Origin: Diplonema japonicum
Lineage: Eukaryota > Protista > Euglenozoa: Diplonemea
Assembly: GCA_964019335.1 (NCBI GenBank)
Contig: OZ025718.1
Span: forward strand, 248,001-312,000
DNA length: 64,000 nucleotides
Reading direction: 5' to 3'
A program made the position numbers and the translations under genes. The notes below the pieces were generated by a model. The model worked only from the letters and a program-made list of their open reading frames with translations. It searched no databases and had not been told where the DNA came from. This document shows positions 1 through 13,467 of the stretch, piece by piece. Every line of letters begins with the position of its first letter. Position 1 is the first letter of the stretch.

Positions 1-366
1 CCCAACCGGTAGGAACACAGCACCTCCGATCCCTACTGCAGATGCGACACATCCAAGGGCTTTTTTCATGAGATTGAGGGTTATTTTGGAGGATGTGGGA
101 GTGAGGGGTGTCTTCCTTTCCTTTTTTTTTTTCTTCCCCCCTTTTTTTATTTCCTTCTTTTTTGTTTGGGAAAAAGTGGGGGGGAAGAAGAAAAAATGAT
201 TGCTTTTTTTTCCTAGGAGAAAAAGAAAGGGGGGGGAGGGGGGGGGAAGTCGGTTGCGGTGATTGTGCAAAGCCGGCCTTAAAAAAAAGAGGGGGGAGGA
301 GGAGGAGAAGTTTTTTTTTTTTTTTCCCTTCAAATTTTTTTTTTTTCGAAATTCTTTTTTTTTTCT

Positions 367-444
367 TCACGCACGGCCTACCATAGCAGCCACCTTTGGT
401 ACCGCGAGCATAAGGAACGGAGCTCTTGCATACCATGTGATCTG

Positions 445-477
<33 letters not shown>

Positions 478-868
478 CCGTCTATACCTCATTCAGAAGG
501 AGCGTCAAAACGAGGTCTGTGACAGTTTCGGGTTTCAAGGTACTGGCGTAGGGGCCTACGACCGGCCACGATACAATTGACTCACGCATGGAATCAACGT
601 TTTCCTTGCCTACCCAAGTGATGGCTGTTGAGCTGATCCCAGTCACCCCCACACCGAGGAAAATAATGACTGTCGCCACCAAGTACTCTACACTGGTCAG
701 AACCCCTGCCACTAACCCGTACTTCCTCACCATATCCATCATGCCCATCTTCTTCTCGGGCTTCTGTTTCTGTCGCGCACGTGCTTCACTTGCTGACCAA
801 CACCATCTTCTCGCCACCAATCCTCTCCCAGCTCCTCTGCACGCCATAAAGCCTGAGTGTCGGAGCAT
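367..868 (-). CDS. DUF1279/FAM210-like mitochondrial membrane protein (2 exons, 151 aa)
   Basis: ORF 482-868 plus GT-AG intron 442-487 (GTATAG..A-run..CCCAG) joins ...LLLNE|ITWYARAPFLMLAVPKVAAMVGRA*. Arg-rich N-terminal transit-like peptide; 'VRKYGLVAGV..Y' and 'E.T..AR..L..VP.VA' resemble DUF1279. Confidence 0.65.
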
Positions 869-1178
869 TGTTCCCTACCCCCCTTTTAATCACCGGCCTT
901 TTCTTTTCTTTTTTTTTTTTTTTTTTTTTTGTCGAGGAAAATAATAAAAATAAAAAAATAGGGAGTGTAACAACTTAAAAAAAAAAAAAAAAAAAAAAAA
1001 AGGGAGAGATAAAAGAATGTCCCCCCTTGTCTTTCTACTTGTCTACCCCTCCTTACTTTTCTCCTTTCCGGCTGTGTTGCCTTTCTCAAAAGTATCTACT
1101 CTTTTCTTCTTACCAGTTTCTTGCCCCCAGTTTCTTAAGCTGTATCACGGAAAATAAAAAAAAAAAAAGAAAAAAACT

Positions 1179-2678
1179 TCACTTCGCCATCTTCGGGATT
1201 ATGCCCTGCATGATCCGGTCCTTCACATGGGAGGGCAAGTCTATCAATGTAGGAAGCACCTCTTTATAATTTGCCACGGTGAAGTTGATGCAAGGATCCA
1301 ACACATCCAGCATGTTGTACCGGTAGCTGTGCGCCGCGATGCGAGCCACGTTCACCACGGACATCTTGCGAAACACGACTCCCTTGCAAGCGGACGTAAG
1401 GTAGTCACATCGGTAATAATCGGTCAAAGGTAGAATCTCCATGCAGAGTATAGGACACGATGGGAGGGGCCCCCCGTATAGAAGCTTCAAAAACGCAGCA
1501 AACGTCTCGACAAGAGGCTGCTCGTCGTCGAGAAATGTTGGGGCAAAAATAACACGGTTTGTCGTTTCCGACATTTGAGATTCAAACATATCTTGAAAAT
1601 GCTGGCAAGTGGCGGCGAGTATGCATCGGTGAGCGGAGAGCCGTTCGCCTCGAACCTCAATAGTGACGTCGGAAAACACGCTTTCATTGAACAGTTTTTC
1701 GCTAAACGTCCGGCTGAGCATCGTTTCATGCTCGTGCTGTAGAAACCCGTTTAAATTCAGCTCGAACAAATCGTTGTAACATGTTTTCCTGTCCCAGCCT
1801 CCAAATACGTACATAGATGCTCCAATCGCCACCGCAACGTGCGTATTTCTAGGAGATGGTGGGATCCCTTGCAAAACAGGAGTTTTCCAAGACATGTCCT
1901 TTAAACGCAAAATGTGCGTGTCGTTCATAAGAAGAGTTTGCGAGTAAGGTGGTTCTTGTTGAATCCAACCCCCGAAGAAAATTAGCATTTCTGTGGATGC
2001 GATAACAACGGCAGAGAGATGCCCGCGTACGCTAGGAGGTACACCGGAAGCGTTTACCCGAGTCCATGAGGAGGTGGTGATACTGAATTGATACAAATCG
2101 TTGACAAAATCTGTTGAAAGCCCCCCGAACACGTACATTTTATCGGCAACAACACAGGCAGCGTGCCCGCATCGTGGTGACGGTTTTTCACCTGAAACTG
2201 GGACGGGGCACCAGCTAAGCTCCGAGGTGTCGAATTTTTGAATGTCGTTTACATGGCGAGTCGTTGCCCCACCAAAAACGTAAAGATCGTTTTTGTACAC
2301 AACTGTACTGTGGGCGTATCTGGCTGGAACCTGGCCTTTTACCAGACCTGTAATCTCAGACCAAGCCAGTTCCGTCATGTTGAACATGAACATGTCGTCC
2401 TTCAGTTCCGTCTCGTTCTCGCCTCCAAACAAGTACACATTTTCCCCCACCACCGACATGCTGTGGTTCCATCTCTCGGACGGTGTTGTTGGGGATTCCG
2501 GGAAGCTCCATTTTTTTGTCGCGGTGTCAAAGATCGCCATGCCTCTGAGACCTGTTTGCTGTGCCGACACATTTCCCCTTCCGCCGAATATTAGTATAAA
2601 ACCACCTACTGCTACAGAAGAATGTGCTCGTCGATGGCGTGGTGCGTCCCCTTCCGGGGTTATACACTCCCAGGACAT
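1179..2678 (-). CDS. Kelch-repeat + BTB/POZ protein (LZTR1-like architecture)
   Basis: 499 aa; six kelch repeats (R..H...lyvFGG) followed by BTB (FSDVTIEV...AHRCILAA..HF..MF). Confidence 0.9.
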   Translation of the reverse strand: MSWECITPEGDAPRHRRAHSSVAVGGFILIFGGRGNVSAQQTGLRGMAIFDTATKKWSFPESPTTPSERWNHSMSVVGENVYLFGGENETELKDDMFMFNMTELAWSEITGLVKGQVPARYAHSTVVYKNDLYVFGGATTRHVNDIQKFDTSELSWCPVPVSGEKPSPRCGHAACVVADKMYVFGGLSTDFVNDLYQFSITTSSWTRVNASGVPPSVRGHLSAVVIASTEMLIFFGGWIQQEPPYSQTLLMNDTHILRLKDMSWKTPVLQGIPPSPRNTHVAVAIGASMYVFGGWDRKTCYNDLFELNLNGFLQHEHETMLSRTFSEKLFNESVFSDVTIEVRGERLSAHRCILAATCQHFQDMFESQMSETTNRVIFAPTFLDDEQPLVETFAAFLKLLYGGPLPSCPILCMEILPLTDYYRCDYLTSACKGVVFRKMSVVNVARIAAHSYRYNMLDVLDPCINFTVANYKEVLPTLIDLPSHVKDRIMQGIIPKMAK

Positions 2679-2709
<31 letters not shown>

Positions 2710-2790
2710 GCAGGGAAAAAAAAAATAAATAAATAACATTTTTTTTTTTGAAAAAAAAGAATAGTTTGAACGACTCACAGTAAATAGAGG

Positions 2791-2821
<31 letters not shown>

Positions 2822-3616
2822 GAAAGAATGAACAAGAAATCCCACTTTTTTTTTTTTTTTTTTTGTATGGACAGCGATTTTTTTTCACACAGTACCTTTG
2901 ATCCCGTTTTTTTTTTTTTTGACTGGTGTATGCTGTACACTTCCTTAAGAAATAGAAAAAAGGAGGGGGGGGAATAGGGTGAGGAGAGACGATAAAAAAG
3001 GGGGGAGGAAAAAAAAAGGTGTGGTTTTTTACAACATTATTAGCAAAAGAAGAAGAAGAAAAGGATGGAAAGAGAGGGAGGGGGGTATTCTTTATTTTTA
3101 TGCGCAACAGGTTATAGAAAGTTTTTGCAGCGCGTCACAATTACCATTCCATTTTTTTTTTTTTTGATAACTACTTTCTATAAGGGGAAGGAAAAAAAAA
3201 GGAAGGGAAAAAGGGGGTACCCTGCTGGGAAGGAGGAAGCTGGCGTAGATCAGAAAGGGGAAGGAAAGCTAAAAAGAGAAAGAAGAGAAAAAAAAATTTG
3301 TTAACTTTAAAGGGAGGGCCAACAAAAAAAAAAAGAAAATAAACTGTGCACGAGCATAGTTTGAATTTCTTTCTTTTTATATTTAATTTTTTTTTTAAAC
3401 CACCTGAACCCCGGACACAAAAAAATGTTTTTTTTTTTTTTTTTTCTTTTATGACTTTTGTCTTTTTTGTTCGCATGAGCAAAAAAAGATTTTTTTTTTT
3501 TTTTAAAAAAACTTGATCTGTAACAACTTAGCTGCAAGGAGTTTTTTTTAAAAAACCAAACACCTTAAGCAGACTTCTCAGGGCGTCTGGATCGTTTACA
3601 AAAAAAAAAAAAAAAA

Positions 3617-3918
3617 TATATGAGTTAAAGGAGGCCGGTGTTGGCGGCGCCCTGCACAAGAACTGTCTACTTGATTACAGGGGGCGCGCCGCGGCCGAGT
3701 TGTAGCTTCTTCTGCGTTCCGCGTCGTGTCCTTAATGCGTGCGGTGTACAGCTCAACCCCAGCCAGAGTGTCCCGGGTAACCAAGATTCGGCTCTCGTGC
3801 AGTTTGCTGCCTGTTCGTCACCCTGAGCATCTGCATTATGTTCTTCCACTCGGGTGCTACCGGTGATGACCGACGAGGAGGTCAACAGCGAACAACACAT
3901 CTGATGTTTTTCTTATAT
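3617..3918 (-). repeat. Dispersed ~300-bp SINE-like repeat, copy 1 (near full length)
   Basis: Highly similar copies at 9553-9610, 10371-10600, 42041-42342 and 51556-51685, all in the same orientation. Confidence 0.85.
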
Positions 3919-3939
3919 TTTCATGTTATCCCCACCACC

Positions 3940-3986
<47 letters not shown>

Positions 3987-5275
3987 TGAAAGAGTCTGGG
4001 TGTGTTAAGTAGTAGCAATAATATTTAAAAAAAAAAAAAGAATTCGATAAAGCTTCAGCGTGCAGGGGTGAACACTGAAACAAAAAAAATTGCTATGGGA
4101 TGTGGGTGCACTGAGGGTACCTCCCCCCCCCCCCCCCCCCCAGACCTGTTCATAGATTCAAATAACCACTATCCCCCGGCAGCCCTCCCTCTACGATTGA
4201 TTCAGCAAAAAAAAAAGCACTACGGGAGGGGGGGGGGGGGGGGGGAAGGATATGTGGTACAGTATGAGACTTTGGAGATATTCATTTTTTTTTTCTTATT
4301 TTTTTTTTTTTTAATCATACCATCTCAGTACTTTTCCACAAAAAAAAGGGACCTTTTTTTTTTTTTTTTTTTTTTTTTTTTCGCTTTCATTTTGGAAATA
4401 CCATGTACACACAGAAAAATGAATAAGTTATGCCATATCTACCTAATAAAGCAGCACTCTTCTTTTTTCCGCGGTTCAATAAAAGGAAGATCTTTTGAAA
4501 AGCAATGAATTGTTCTTTTATCTAGCTACTCATGTCCTCAAAAAAAAAAAAAAAAAAAGAAATATGTAGGAGGGGGAAAGGGGAAAAAGAGAAGAAAAGC
4601 AGCGATTCCATCGTTGTTTATGTGTACTAGCAAGAATTAAGCTGTGACAAGGATGAGCCCAAACACGATGCCACTTGCCACTTTTTTCTTCTTCTTTCCC
4701 CCCCACCCCCCCCCCCCCCCCCCAACCCCTAAAGCAGACTACATATTGCTTCTTCTTGTTCAACAAAAAAAAAAGACATTTAAAAAAGGAGGGGCAAGAG
4801 CAAAGAAGTGAAGTTCTTTTTTAAAAAAAAAAGAAAAAAATGGGGGGGGGCATTTAACAACCAGAATACACCTTCGTCCTGAGATTGGTTCCAAAAAAAA
4901 AAAAAAAAAAAAGAAGATATCTTAAGATTCTTCTTCCCCCCCTTATTTCGATACACGCTATGATTTCGAGGCAATTCTGTAATAGATCTTTCGCAAAAAA
5001 AAATAATAATAATATGGTCACGCTGGTGACCTTTGCAAGGGGTATCTGGGTAGGAGCCGGAGCAGCCTCATCCAGGAAAGGGGAGGGAGAAGAAAAAGAA
5101 TAGAAGAAAAAAAGAAGAAGAAGCAGAAAACATAGAGCATAGATAAGGGTAAGAGGAGGGCGAAAAAAAGAGGGGTAAGTAAATTGTTCCAAGCCTTTTT
5201 TTTTTTTTAAATACTTACAGCATAAGGAACATCAACTGTCCGATCTCATTCTCCCGAAAATAATAAAAGAAAATA

Positions 5276-6895
5276 CTGTAAAACGAAAAACTCCCGGACG
5301 GAAAAATGTCCGAGTTTTTTTGGCGTCCGGGAATTTTTCCGTCCGGGAGTTTTTCCGTCCGGGAATTTTTTTTAGGTAAGGCCGTCAGGGGGCCTGGTAC
5401 CTACATACTGGCCTGGGCTGCAAACGGCAACCGCGCGAAGAAACCCCCAGGGTTCCCTTTCTGCATCTTTGTCCTCCCTTGCTGCCCCTGAGGCAATCAG
5501 CTTGTCGAGCCTTCGTGTGGCCTACTACCTTTCTTAATAGATGCTTTACAGCTGCGTTCAACCCAATATCCATCGGTTGAACCATGTAGGTGAGCCCAGG
5601 GGGACAAAAGCAATGTGCACGTTTGCGCCTGCGAACCACTCTACGAACCCATAGGCATAGGTCGTATGAGAGTTGTCCGACAAGCAGCAGAATCGGCCCG
5701 TTCGGCAAAACCATGGGAATCGATGATTTATAGCAAAAAGGAAGAAACAGCTCCGTAACCCAGATACCGAGTATCATAATTAGCCCAATGATTGGGCGAT
5801 GCCGTTAGGCTCCATTCGGTGGGCGGGTGCTTGACCGGGGCATCACCGGATAATCCCTGCCGGTTGCGTTTCCGCTTTGCCTTTGTATTTAACCATCCAG
5901 CCAAGGAAACAGCCAGCTGTTCGGTTATAGCCCGTTTTGTCCCCCAAGCCACGGACTTTTACGACCTTAGCACCCCTTTTTGTTTTGGTTTTTAACCCCG
6001 TATTCCAGACCAATTCCGGCCTTACTTTATGGGTGTCGATTATGGACCTGAATTCCATGGTGAAACAGCGTGCCTTCTCGTTGTCCTTCTCGTTTCCGGG
6101 CTTTCCGGAGGTGGCTTGCGGCTTTTGTCTTTCTTGCTGCAAAATTTTGTCAGCCTAGCCAGTGGAAAAGGACAGTGTCCCACCAAAGTCTACCAGGTCT
6201 GTCTTTCGGGCTGGATTGGCGCCCTTCTGCATAGGTGCATATTTGTTGTGCTGGGATAGGCTCACCAAGCCCGTTTACCTATTGACTCAAGCAAAAATCT
6301 TTCAGCCCCCGAAGGATGCTAAATCCCGTATTGGGCGATACGCAGCTATCACGGCGTCGCGGCGGCCAGGGTGTGGTAGGGTGGAATAGCAACGTCCAGT
6401 ATTTCCGTCTGGAAGAAACCGGGGGCTCTGTTGAACCTGTTGCTGCCGTCTTCTGACCGAGGCAGAGGCCGCCAAGCTGCTTTCGGGGGTTTGTACTGGC
6501 CCGGTGTAAGGAGTTTATCTCGGGGGTGAGCTGGCCGGGGGTGTCAGCACCAAAGTTGGGCCCCTCACAAGCCAGCTGCTCAACGTGCCTTGGGTAGTCG
6601 AACTGGTCAATCTGACGAAAGAAGTACGGGTTTATGAGAAGTTAAAGATCCCGTGGGTGCTGTTTGTTGGTGCATTGAAAGGGGAAGAAAAATTCAAACT
6701 GCCACGCAGGGTGACATTTTGGCTCTGCACAAGGAATAAAGCCCTTCCAGGCAAACGTGGTGGGAGCTGCTACCCCCCTTAAGTAAAAAAACTTCTTCCA
6801 GAAAAACTCCCGGACGGAAAAATGTCCGGGTTTTTTTGGTGTCCGGGAGTTTTTCTGTCCGAGAATTTTTCCGTCCGACATTATTCGTTTTACAG
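5276..6895 (-). mobile_element. Degenerate pogo/Tc1-mariner-superfamily DNA transposon
   Basis: TIRs CTGTAAAACGAA/TTCGTTTTACAG flanked by TA at 5274-5275 and 6896-6897. Subterminal CCGTCCGGGA repeats. Broken DDE_1-type transposase fragments (PPGLTYMVQPMDIGLNAAVK; ELVWN...GAKVV..GDK). Confidence 0.85.
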
Positions 6896-7459
6896 TAATA
6901 ATAATAAAAAAAAGAAGAGATATATAAGAGCACCCACAGCAAAAAAAATGTGGTCCTTTATTTTCGCTATTTGTCAAGACAAGAAAAACTCGATGCAGCT
7001 ACCTAGAAATGTATAAACCTGACGAAATAATAAGAATCCTGGCTCCCCCAGCACGCGAGAAGAACAGAGAAAGGATTCAATTTTGCGGCATAGAGCCACA
7101 CCCCTAATTCCCCCCCCCCCCCCCCCCACTTACCGCTTCTTACTTTTGTTTTGGTTTTTAAGGGAGGGAATTCTTGAAAAAGAAAAAAAAAGGGAAAAAA
7201 AAAGCCACTCCTTGATCCCTATTTCATAAGGCAACTTAATTTACTGATACCCCCCCAAAAAAATAATAAAAACAGGCATATTTTTTTGCTCTTCTTTTTT
7301 TTTTCTTTTTTCTTTGAATCTTTTTCTTTTTCATCCTAGTAAATGTCGCGTGACGAGAGGGAAAAAAAAAAAAAAAACTATTCTCTTAACCCATATGCAA
7401 TGTCAACAGGCGTAATTGTTCTCTGGTCACCCAGACCAAAGTCTCGGATCGGTTTTCTC

Positions 7460-7499
<40 letters not shown>

Positions 7500-7980
7500 C
7501 TGCATAAGGGTTAAGATATGCGTTAAGATATGCGTTTTTGCGCTCACCGGCCGAGCTGAGCTTAGTCCCCGTAGTCAACTGCGGGCAGCCTAGTGTTTGT
7601 GACAGGAGCCCGACAGGTTCCCACACGCCTTCGATGCCGCTCCGGGAGCACTGGCCTTCTGTCATACCCGTGTGGGTCCTCCAATATGGCGCAGGAGTTG
7701 ACGCTCCACCAGCGTGGTACAAGTCCTGTGGGCACGCCTCCTCGCCTTGACACCCAGATCCTCCTTATAAGAAAAAAGAAATTGTTGTCTGGCGCTTGAT
7801 TTTGTTGTTTTTTTTTATTTATTTTTTTTTTTTTTTTGCTAACGAAGCGGTATTTTACCTATTAAAATAACACTTCACGTCACGCTGCCACCAACTAGTT
7901 TTTTTTTTTTTTTTGAAGTCGCGACAATAATATCGTTTAAACCAAAAAAAAAGAATATTTAAAAAAATATATTTATATAT

Positions 7981-9532
7981 GGCATCGTTTCAAAAAAAAA
8001 CCCCCCCCCAAAATGAGGCCAATTGACACTTTCAATATTTCTCTAAGTACTTTTTCCAAAGAAAAAAAATTCTACAACTTTCCCGGCCCAGGTTAGGAAA
8101 AAAAACACCCCAGAAAATTGGAAAGTGAGTGTTACTAGTACCCAGAAAATTCAGTCCTAAGTGCAAAAATGGGTTTTTTCACTTTGCACAAATTCAGTAA
8201 AAGAGGGGGTGACAAAAATGGATGCTTTTAAACTTGCAGTTGAGAAGCTAGGGGTAAAAAAAAATGGTATTCGGACCGAGAAAGGGTAAATGGGAACACC
8301 TCGGCGATCAGGACACTCGCCACAGAGGTTCTTCAGGAACTCAGTGGCAACGACTGTGCTGTACTAGTTTGTGACGTAGTGCGTAAAGGGGAACTTTTAG
8401 CGGCACTTCTGCTATCATTTTCTGGTAGCCAACAAGACACCACACGGCGCCAATTGGTCAGAGGCATGAGGCTTGACCACATCACACATGATGAAATAAG
8501 GGCAGCTGGCCTTACTGTTGGAAAAGACTTGTTCCACAGTAGCATGGTCACAGAAAAAAATAAAGAAAGAAATAGAGTGGATACTCTGGACTGACGGTGG
8601 GTGTCACTTTCGTGCAAAGGAATTTTGCTACTTTGTTCTTTTTGGTCTTCGTTATGTCTATCCTGATCGGACGTTTTCCCTGTGGTTTCTGGGGGAGAAA
8701 CACGGCAAAAACAGCAGGGACAGCCACTTTGGTGTGCTCTCTCGTGTTTGGCTTTGGGTGCCTCGTTCCACAACAATTAAAACTGTGGAACAAATAGCAG
8801 TGCGCCGTGCATGTAGTTCCTGATGTCTTTGGACCGTACAAAAAGAAAATTCTTGAGTTTCCGGATTTTACAGGTGCATATGAGCTCAGGAGCACACCGG
8901 AGGGTGTATTGCTACGTGCGCGTCCACGAGCTAGAAGGAACTAAAGTACATCATCAAAGAACTCGATGCAGACAGGGCAGAGAAAAGGCCCCCAGTCTAT
9001 GAATCTTGTGATGAGTATGAGGACGTTCCTGATAGCCTTCCCGGACTTGAAAAACGAGAAAGAATAGTAACCAAATTACGAAAATACTCGACTCCCCATA
9101 ACAAGCCCAAAGCACCAAGTACACCTACGAATGAGCCTCTTAAAACCCCCCAAAATGCTGTAGAAGGCCTAATAGTAAAAAGAAACGAGGTCGCCCACTC
9201 AGCAGCAGCACATCTCAGCCGCAGAAGACTAGGAAATGAAGGTTTCCACTTCCAACATCATTTCAGCCACCTTCTAGTAGTGAGTTCCGCTATTTCTTGC
9301 TATTGAAAGCATACTCTCTGACTTTACCAAAACCACTAAAACCCGATTTTGACCCTAAAACTGAATTTTTCATAGGTCAAAATAGCACTCTTGAGCGATT
9401 TCTGACCCGGGTTCTTTCCTAATATGGGCCGGGAAATATGGAGAATTTTTTTTAAAGGGGATGGCATGCCCAAAGATGCAGCGAAAGTGTCAATTGGCCT
9501 CATTTTTTTGGGGGGGGGTTTGAAATCGACCC
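7981..9532 (+). mobile_element. Degenerate TIR transposon, probably Sola-type, ATAT flanks
   Basis: Imperfect long TIRs (TGAGGCCAATTGACACTTTC / GAAAGTGTCAATTGGCCTCA; TTCCCGGCCCA / TGGGCCGGGAA), ATAT on both sides. Transposase remnant at 8518-8823: WTDGGCHFR...WFLGEKHGKNSRDSHFG. Confidence 0.7.
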
Positions 9533-9552
9533 ATATATATATATGTGTGTTT

Positions 9553-9610
9553 ATATAAGAGATAAGGAGGCCAGTGTTGGTGGCGCCCTGTCTACTTGAT
9601 TACAGGGGGA
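9553..9610 (-). repeat. SINE-like repeat, copy 2 (short terminal fragment)
   Basis: aggaggccagtgttggtggcgccctg-tctacttgattacagggg matches the left end of copy 1. Confidence 0.7.
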
Positions 9611-10370
9611 AGAAGAAAAAGAAGAAGAAAAAAAAAAAGAATCTCTCAATCTCTGTGCAACCTTCACCCGGTCCTACTGATTCAGCAAACCAGTAGTCCC
9701 AGTGGAAGGCAGCCCTGATGAAGAGGATTGAGGATAAGTTAAGCCAACGCCCATCGAATGAAGTTTTTTTTTTTTTTTCCTCTCTGGACTGGACGTCATG
9801 GGAAGAAAAAGAAAAGGGAAGGAGAACAAAGGGGGGTTTTTTTTCTCGCTCGGAAGAATAAAAAAAAAAAAAAATGAAAAGTGTACATTCCCTAACCCGG
9901 GCCCAAAGTGTACAAGCTATATATAATTTTTCATTTGGCTCGCATGTGAAGTGAAATGTTTTGAAATGAAAAAAAACTAAAAAAAAAAAAAAAAAGTAGT
10001 TCGGATACCTCCCTAATTATACCTAAGCTAAGAAAGCCACTTTTTTTTCCCCCCTCCCCCAAATGAACTTCATATGGCCAATAATTCTCTTTCTTGTCAT
10101 CTGCACCAGAAAATCTAATATCCCCCCCCCCCTCCCCCCAGGCCACCTAACATTGCTTCCTCTCTGGTTAGATTTCTTCAGATTTCGGGGTTTCTGAAAA
10201 GTCGACAAACCTAGGATAACAAACCATATATATGTATATTTGAGTGCGGACTTGCTGTCCAAATGTACGTTGAAAGGAAATTAGCAGAAAGTTACTTTCT
10301 TTTGCAGGGGGGGGGGGGGGGGGGGGGAGGAGAGAGATACTAACTATAAAAAAAAAAGAAATTAAAAATA

Positions 10371-10600
10371 TATAAGAGTTAAAGGAGGCAGATGTTGCAC
10401 AAGAACTGTCTACTTGATTACAGGGGGCGCACCGCGGCCGAGTTGTGGCTTCTTCTGCGTCCCGCTTCGTGTCCTTAATGCGTGCGATGTACTGCTCAAC
10501 CCCAACTCGTGCAGTTTGCTGCCTGTTCGTCACCCTGAGCATCTGCGTTACGTTCTTCCACTCGGGCGCTACCGGTGATGACCGACGAGGAGGTCAACAG
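10371..10600 (-). repeat. SINE-like repeat, copy 3
   Basis: Aligns to 3617-3890 with internal deletions. Confidence 0.85.
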
Positions 10601-10648
10601 CCCCACCACCGGTTTAAAAATAATAATAATAATAATAAATATAGATAT

Positions 10649-10977
10649 GAGCTCGTCCGGGAAAAAATGTCAACAAATGACCTCCTATGCGACTGAAAAC
10701 CCCCATTAAATTTCTAAGTAGAAAAGTAGTCCGACACCACTTTGTGTGCAGAAATGCAGTCTAAGCTTGAGCACCAGACAGGTCAAAATGCTCGCCGTTT
10801 GTTTTATTTTTAAAACGCGCGTGCAAAAAAAAAAAACATGCTTTTTAGAATGGTTTCTTTTGGTTTTTGGCAAACGATTCAATTTGGAACTACAAATAAC
10901 CCAGACCCCATTTTTAAGGAATTTTCGTAAGTGCCAAAAAAAAAAAAAAGTGTTGACATTTTCTTCCGGACGAGCTC
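10649..10977. mobile_element. MITE with 5'-GAG termini and ATAT target-site duplication
   Basis: TIR GAGCTCGTCCGGGAAAAAATGTCAACA / TGTTGACATTTTCTTCCGGACGAGCTC; ATAT at 10645-10648 and 10978-10981. Confidence 0.85.
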
Positions 10978-11509
10978 ATATTCTTTTTTTTTTTTTTTTT
11001 TTTTTTTTTCGCCCTACTGATAAAATTAAAAATTAAAAAAAATATGAACTAAAGGAAGCTGCCGAAACCATTTCTTCTCCCTCTCCCCCCCCCCCCCCCC
11101 CCCAATTTCTTTTTGTTATAAAAATCCTTTTTTTTCTTTTCTTGTTCTGTATAATATTTCCCGTACTATTCGAGCGCCCCATACTTTTCAACAATACAAA
11201 AGTCGGGGTGGGGCGACTAAAAAAATGTCGCCACTTAAAAAGTACTCTCATTTCACGGCACAACGTGGGGGGCAGGTAGTATAAAAAAAAAAAAAAAAAA
11301 AAAAAAGAAGGGAATGGGTGGGTGGGGGGAGAGAAAAGGCAAGCCACGGGACTGGTGGGCAAGTTTTCTTTTTAGAAGTGAAAGAAAGGCCCGAATTCGT
11401 AGGTGTATTGAGGTTTATTTCATCTTTCTTTTTTTTTCTTTTTCTGCATCAAGAAAAGAAAAGAACGAAAGAAAAATCCCTGGTTAAAAAAAAGGGGGGG
11501 GGGGAAACT

Positions 11510-11657
11510 GGAAAACCTTTAAGTAAAAAAAGTAATCCGGCATCACTTTTGTGTGCGTCTGGCAGTCTACATGTTTTATTTATTATTTTTTTTTTTTTTT
11601 TTGATTTTGGCGTTCAGAAAGTTTTTATAACCCTGACATTTTAATCCGGGCTCATAT
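11510..11657. mobile_element. Decayed relative of the 10649-10977 MITE
   Basis: taagtaaaaaaagtaatccggcatcacttttgtgtgc..gcagtcta resembles 10715-10763; ends gacatttt..ccgggctcatat like the right TIR. Confidence 0.5.
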
Positions 11658-12305
11658 TTATTAATGAACAGGCACATCCTGCCAGGTGGGAAATGAACGC
11701 CGACTTCCCATGGGTTTTTTTTTTATTTATTTTTTTTTTTTTTTTTATATAACTCGTGCTGTAAACCTTCCCCCCTAAGCGCAATGAGTAATTTTATCAG
11801 GTAAAATAACGAAATTTGTGCGCACAATAAACAAAAAAATGTACCCGCCACTACGACACCAAAAAGAAATTATTCAATTAATCTCGAAATTAAGGGTTTT
11901 TTTCTTTTTTTTTTTTTTTTTTTTTTTTTATAGTGAAAAAACTTTTTTTTTTTTTGAACCCCATGTACCCTACATGTTTTCCCTTCCCCTATTTCTTTTT
12001 TTTTCAAACCACTTGAGAAGCACCAAAAAATAAAAAATAAGGGACTTTTTTTTTTTCTTTTTTTTTTTCCTGGAATAAAAGAGAAGGAATTTCGATAAAG
12101 TATCAGTGCACGCGGGGATGGGGGGAGGGGGGGGCTGCTCACTGTTTAAGAAAATAAAATATAAAAAAAAAAGAAACCCCGAATGTTAAGGTGGGTTTTT
12201 AGGGGGGGGGGGGAGAGGGGGAGAATTGGCAAAGATATTCTTTGTTTTTTTTAAAGTTATGACTAATTACAATACTGGAGGGGGGGAAAAAAAAAAACCT
12301 CTGCC

Positions 12306-12341
<36 letters not shown>

Positions 12342-13330
12342 CAAAGAAAGAAGAAAAAAAAAAGGGCGGCACTGGATCCTCCTTTTTTCTTCCCCCTCAA
12401 AACAAAGGCCGCATTCTTAAGGGGAGGGGGGGGCGGGGCGACGTCACACTTTCTTTCTCCCAATACCTCTGTACCTTTTTTTTTAAAAAAAATTTTTTTA
12501 TACTTTTTTTATAGTTCGCCATTCGTCATTTTCTTCACTCACTTCTTTTGATATCCGGCATGAACATATCACCAAAAGGTGAACCAATATGCTGAATCCT
12601 GATCCAGGTCTTGAAAATCGACTATGGAAATCAGCAGTCAGTGGACTCAAATAACGAAAAGGTATCTTTTTCTTTCTTTTTTTTTTTTTTTTTTTTTCTT
12701 TTTTAAACCCCTCACCCTTTGTTTTTTGTTTGCTTCAGCCCAAAAAAAAAGAATGGGAAGAGGAGGTAAGCCAACACTGGAAAAAGAAGAAGAAAAAAAA
12801 AAAAAAAGTCATTTTTCCAGGAATCCCTTTCCCCCCCCTTCCTTGTTTCTTTCTCTTCCCACACCCCCCTCACCCCTTTTTTATTTTTATTTTTTTTTTC
12901 TTTCTTTTTTTTGACTGTTTTCTGCGATACCAAACAAGAATCGCGAAGAAAATTGATTTTTTTTCCCCCTCCCTTTTTTTTATTCTTTCTTCTTTGACGT
13001 GGAAAAATGGAGGGGGGGGGAGAAGAAGAAAAAGGGGAATATGGCAATGTTATTCTTGTTTTGTGATTTTTTTTTAAACCTTGAATAAAGAGATTACTTG
13101 GAACACACAACACGGGTTCATCATAATAAAAAAAGCAGGGGGGGGGGGGGGGGGGCGTGTGTACTTTGCTTGCTAAAAAAGAAATATGCGTTTCTTCTTT
13201 TTTTTTTTTTTTTTTTCTTCCTTTGATATTTGTGCTCCATATCTCTAAAACCCGTTAAGCAAAAGCCCTAAGGTGGCAATAGAGCGAATTTTTGAAAACT
13301 AATAATCTTGAAGAAATCTTCCAAAAGATG

Positions 13331-13370
<40 letters not shown>

Positions 13371-13432
13371 AGGCCGATTTATCACCATTAAAAACCTAGC
13401 GCCGATCTCATTGCTTTATTAAAAGAAGAAAG

Positions 13433-13467
<35 letters not shown>

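Noticed and set aside
7490-7770. GC-rich island with a 12-bp tandem duplication (gttaagatatgc)
   Set aside because: Single copy in the window with no recognisable ORF or structure; likely a repeat fragment but unsupported.
9710-9765. CTGATGA hammerhead or box C-like core
   Set aside because: No supporting stems or correctly placed GAAA or box D could be built.
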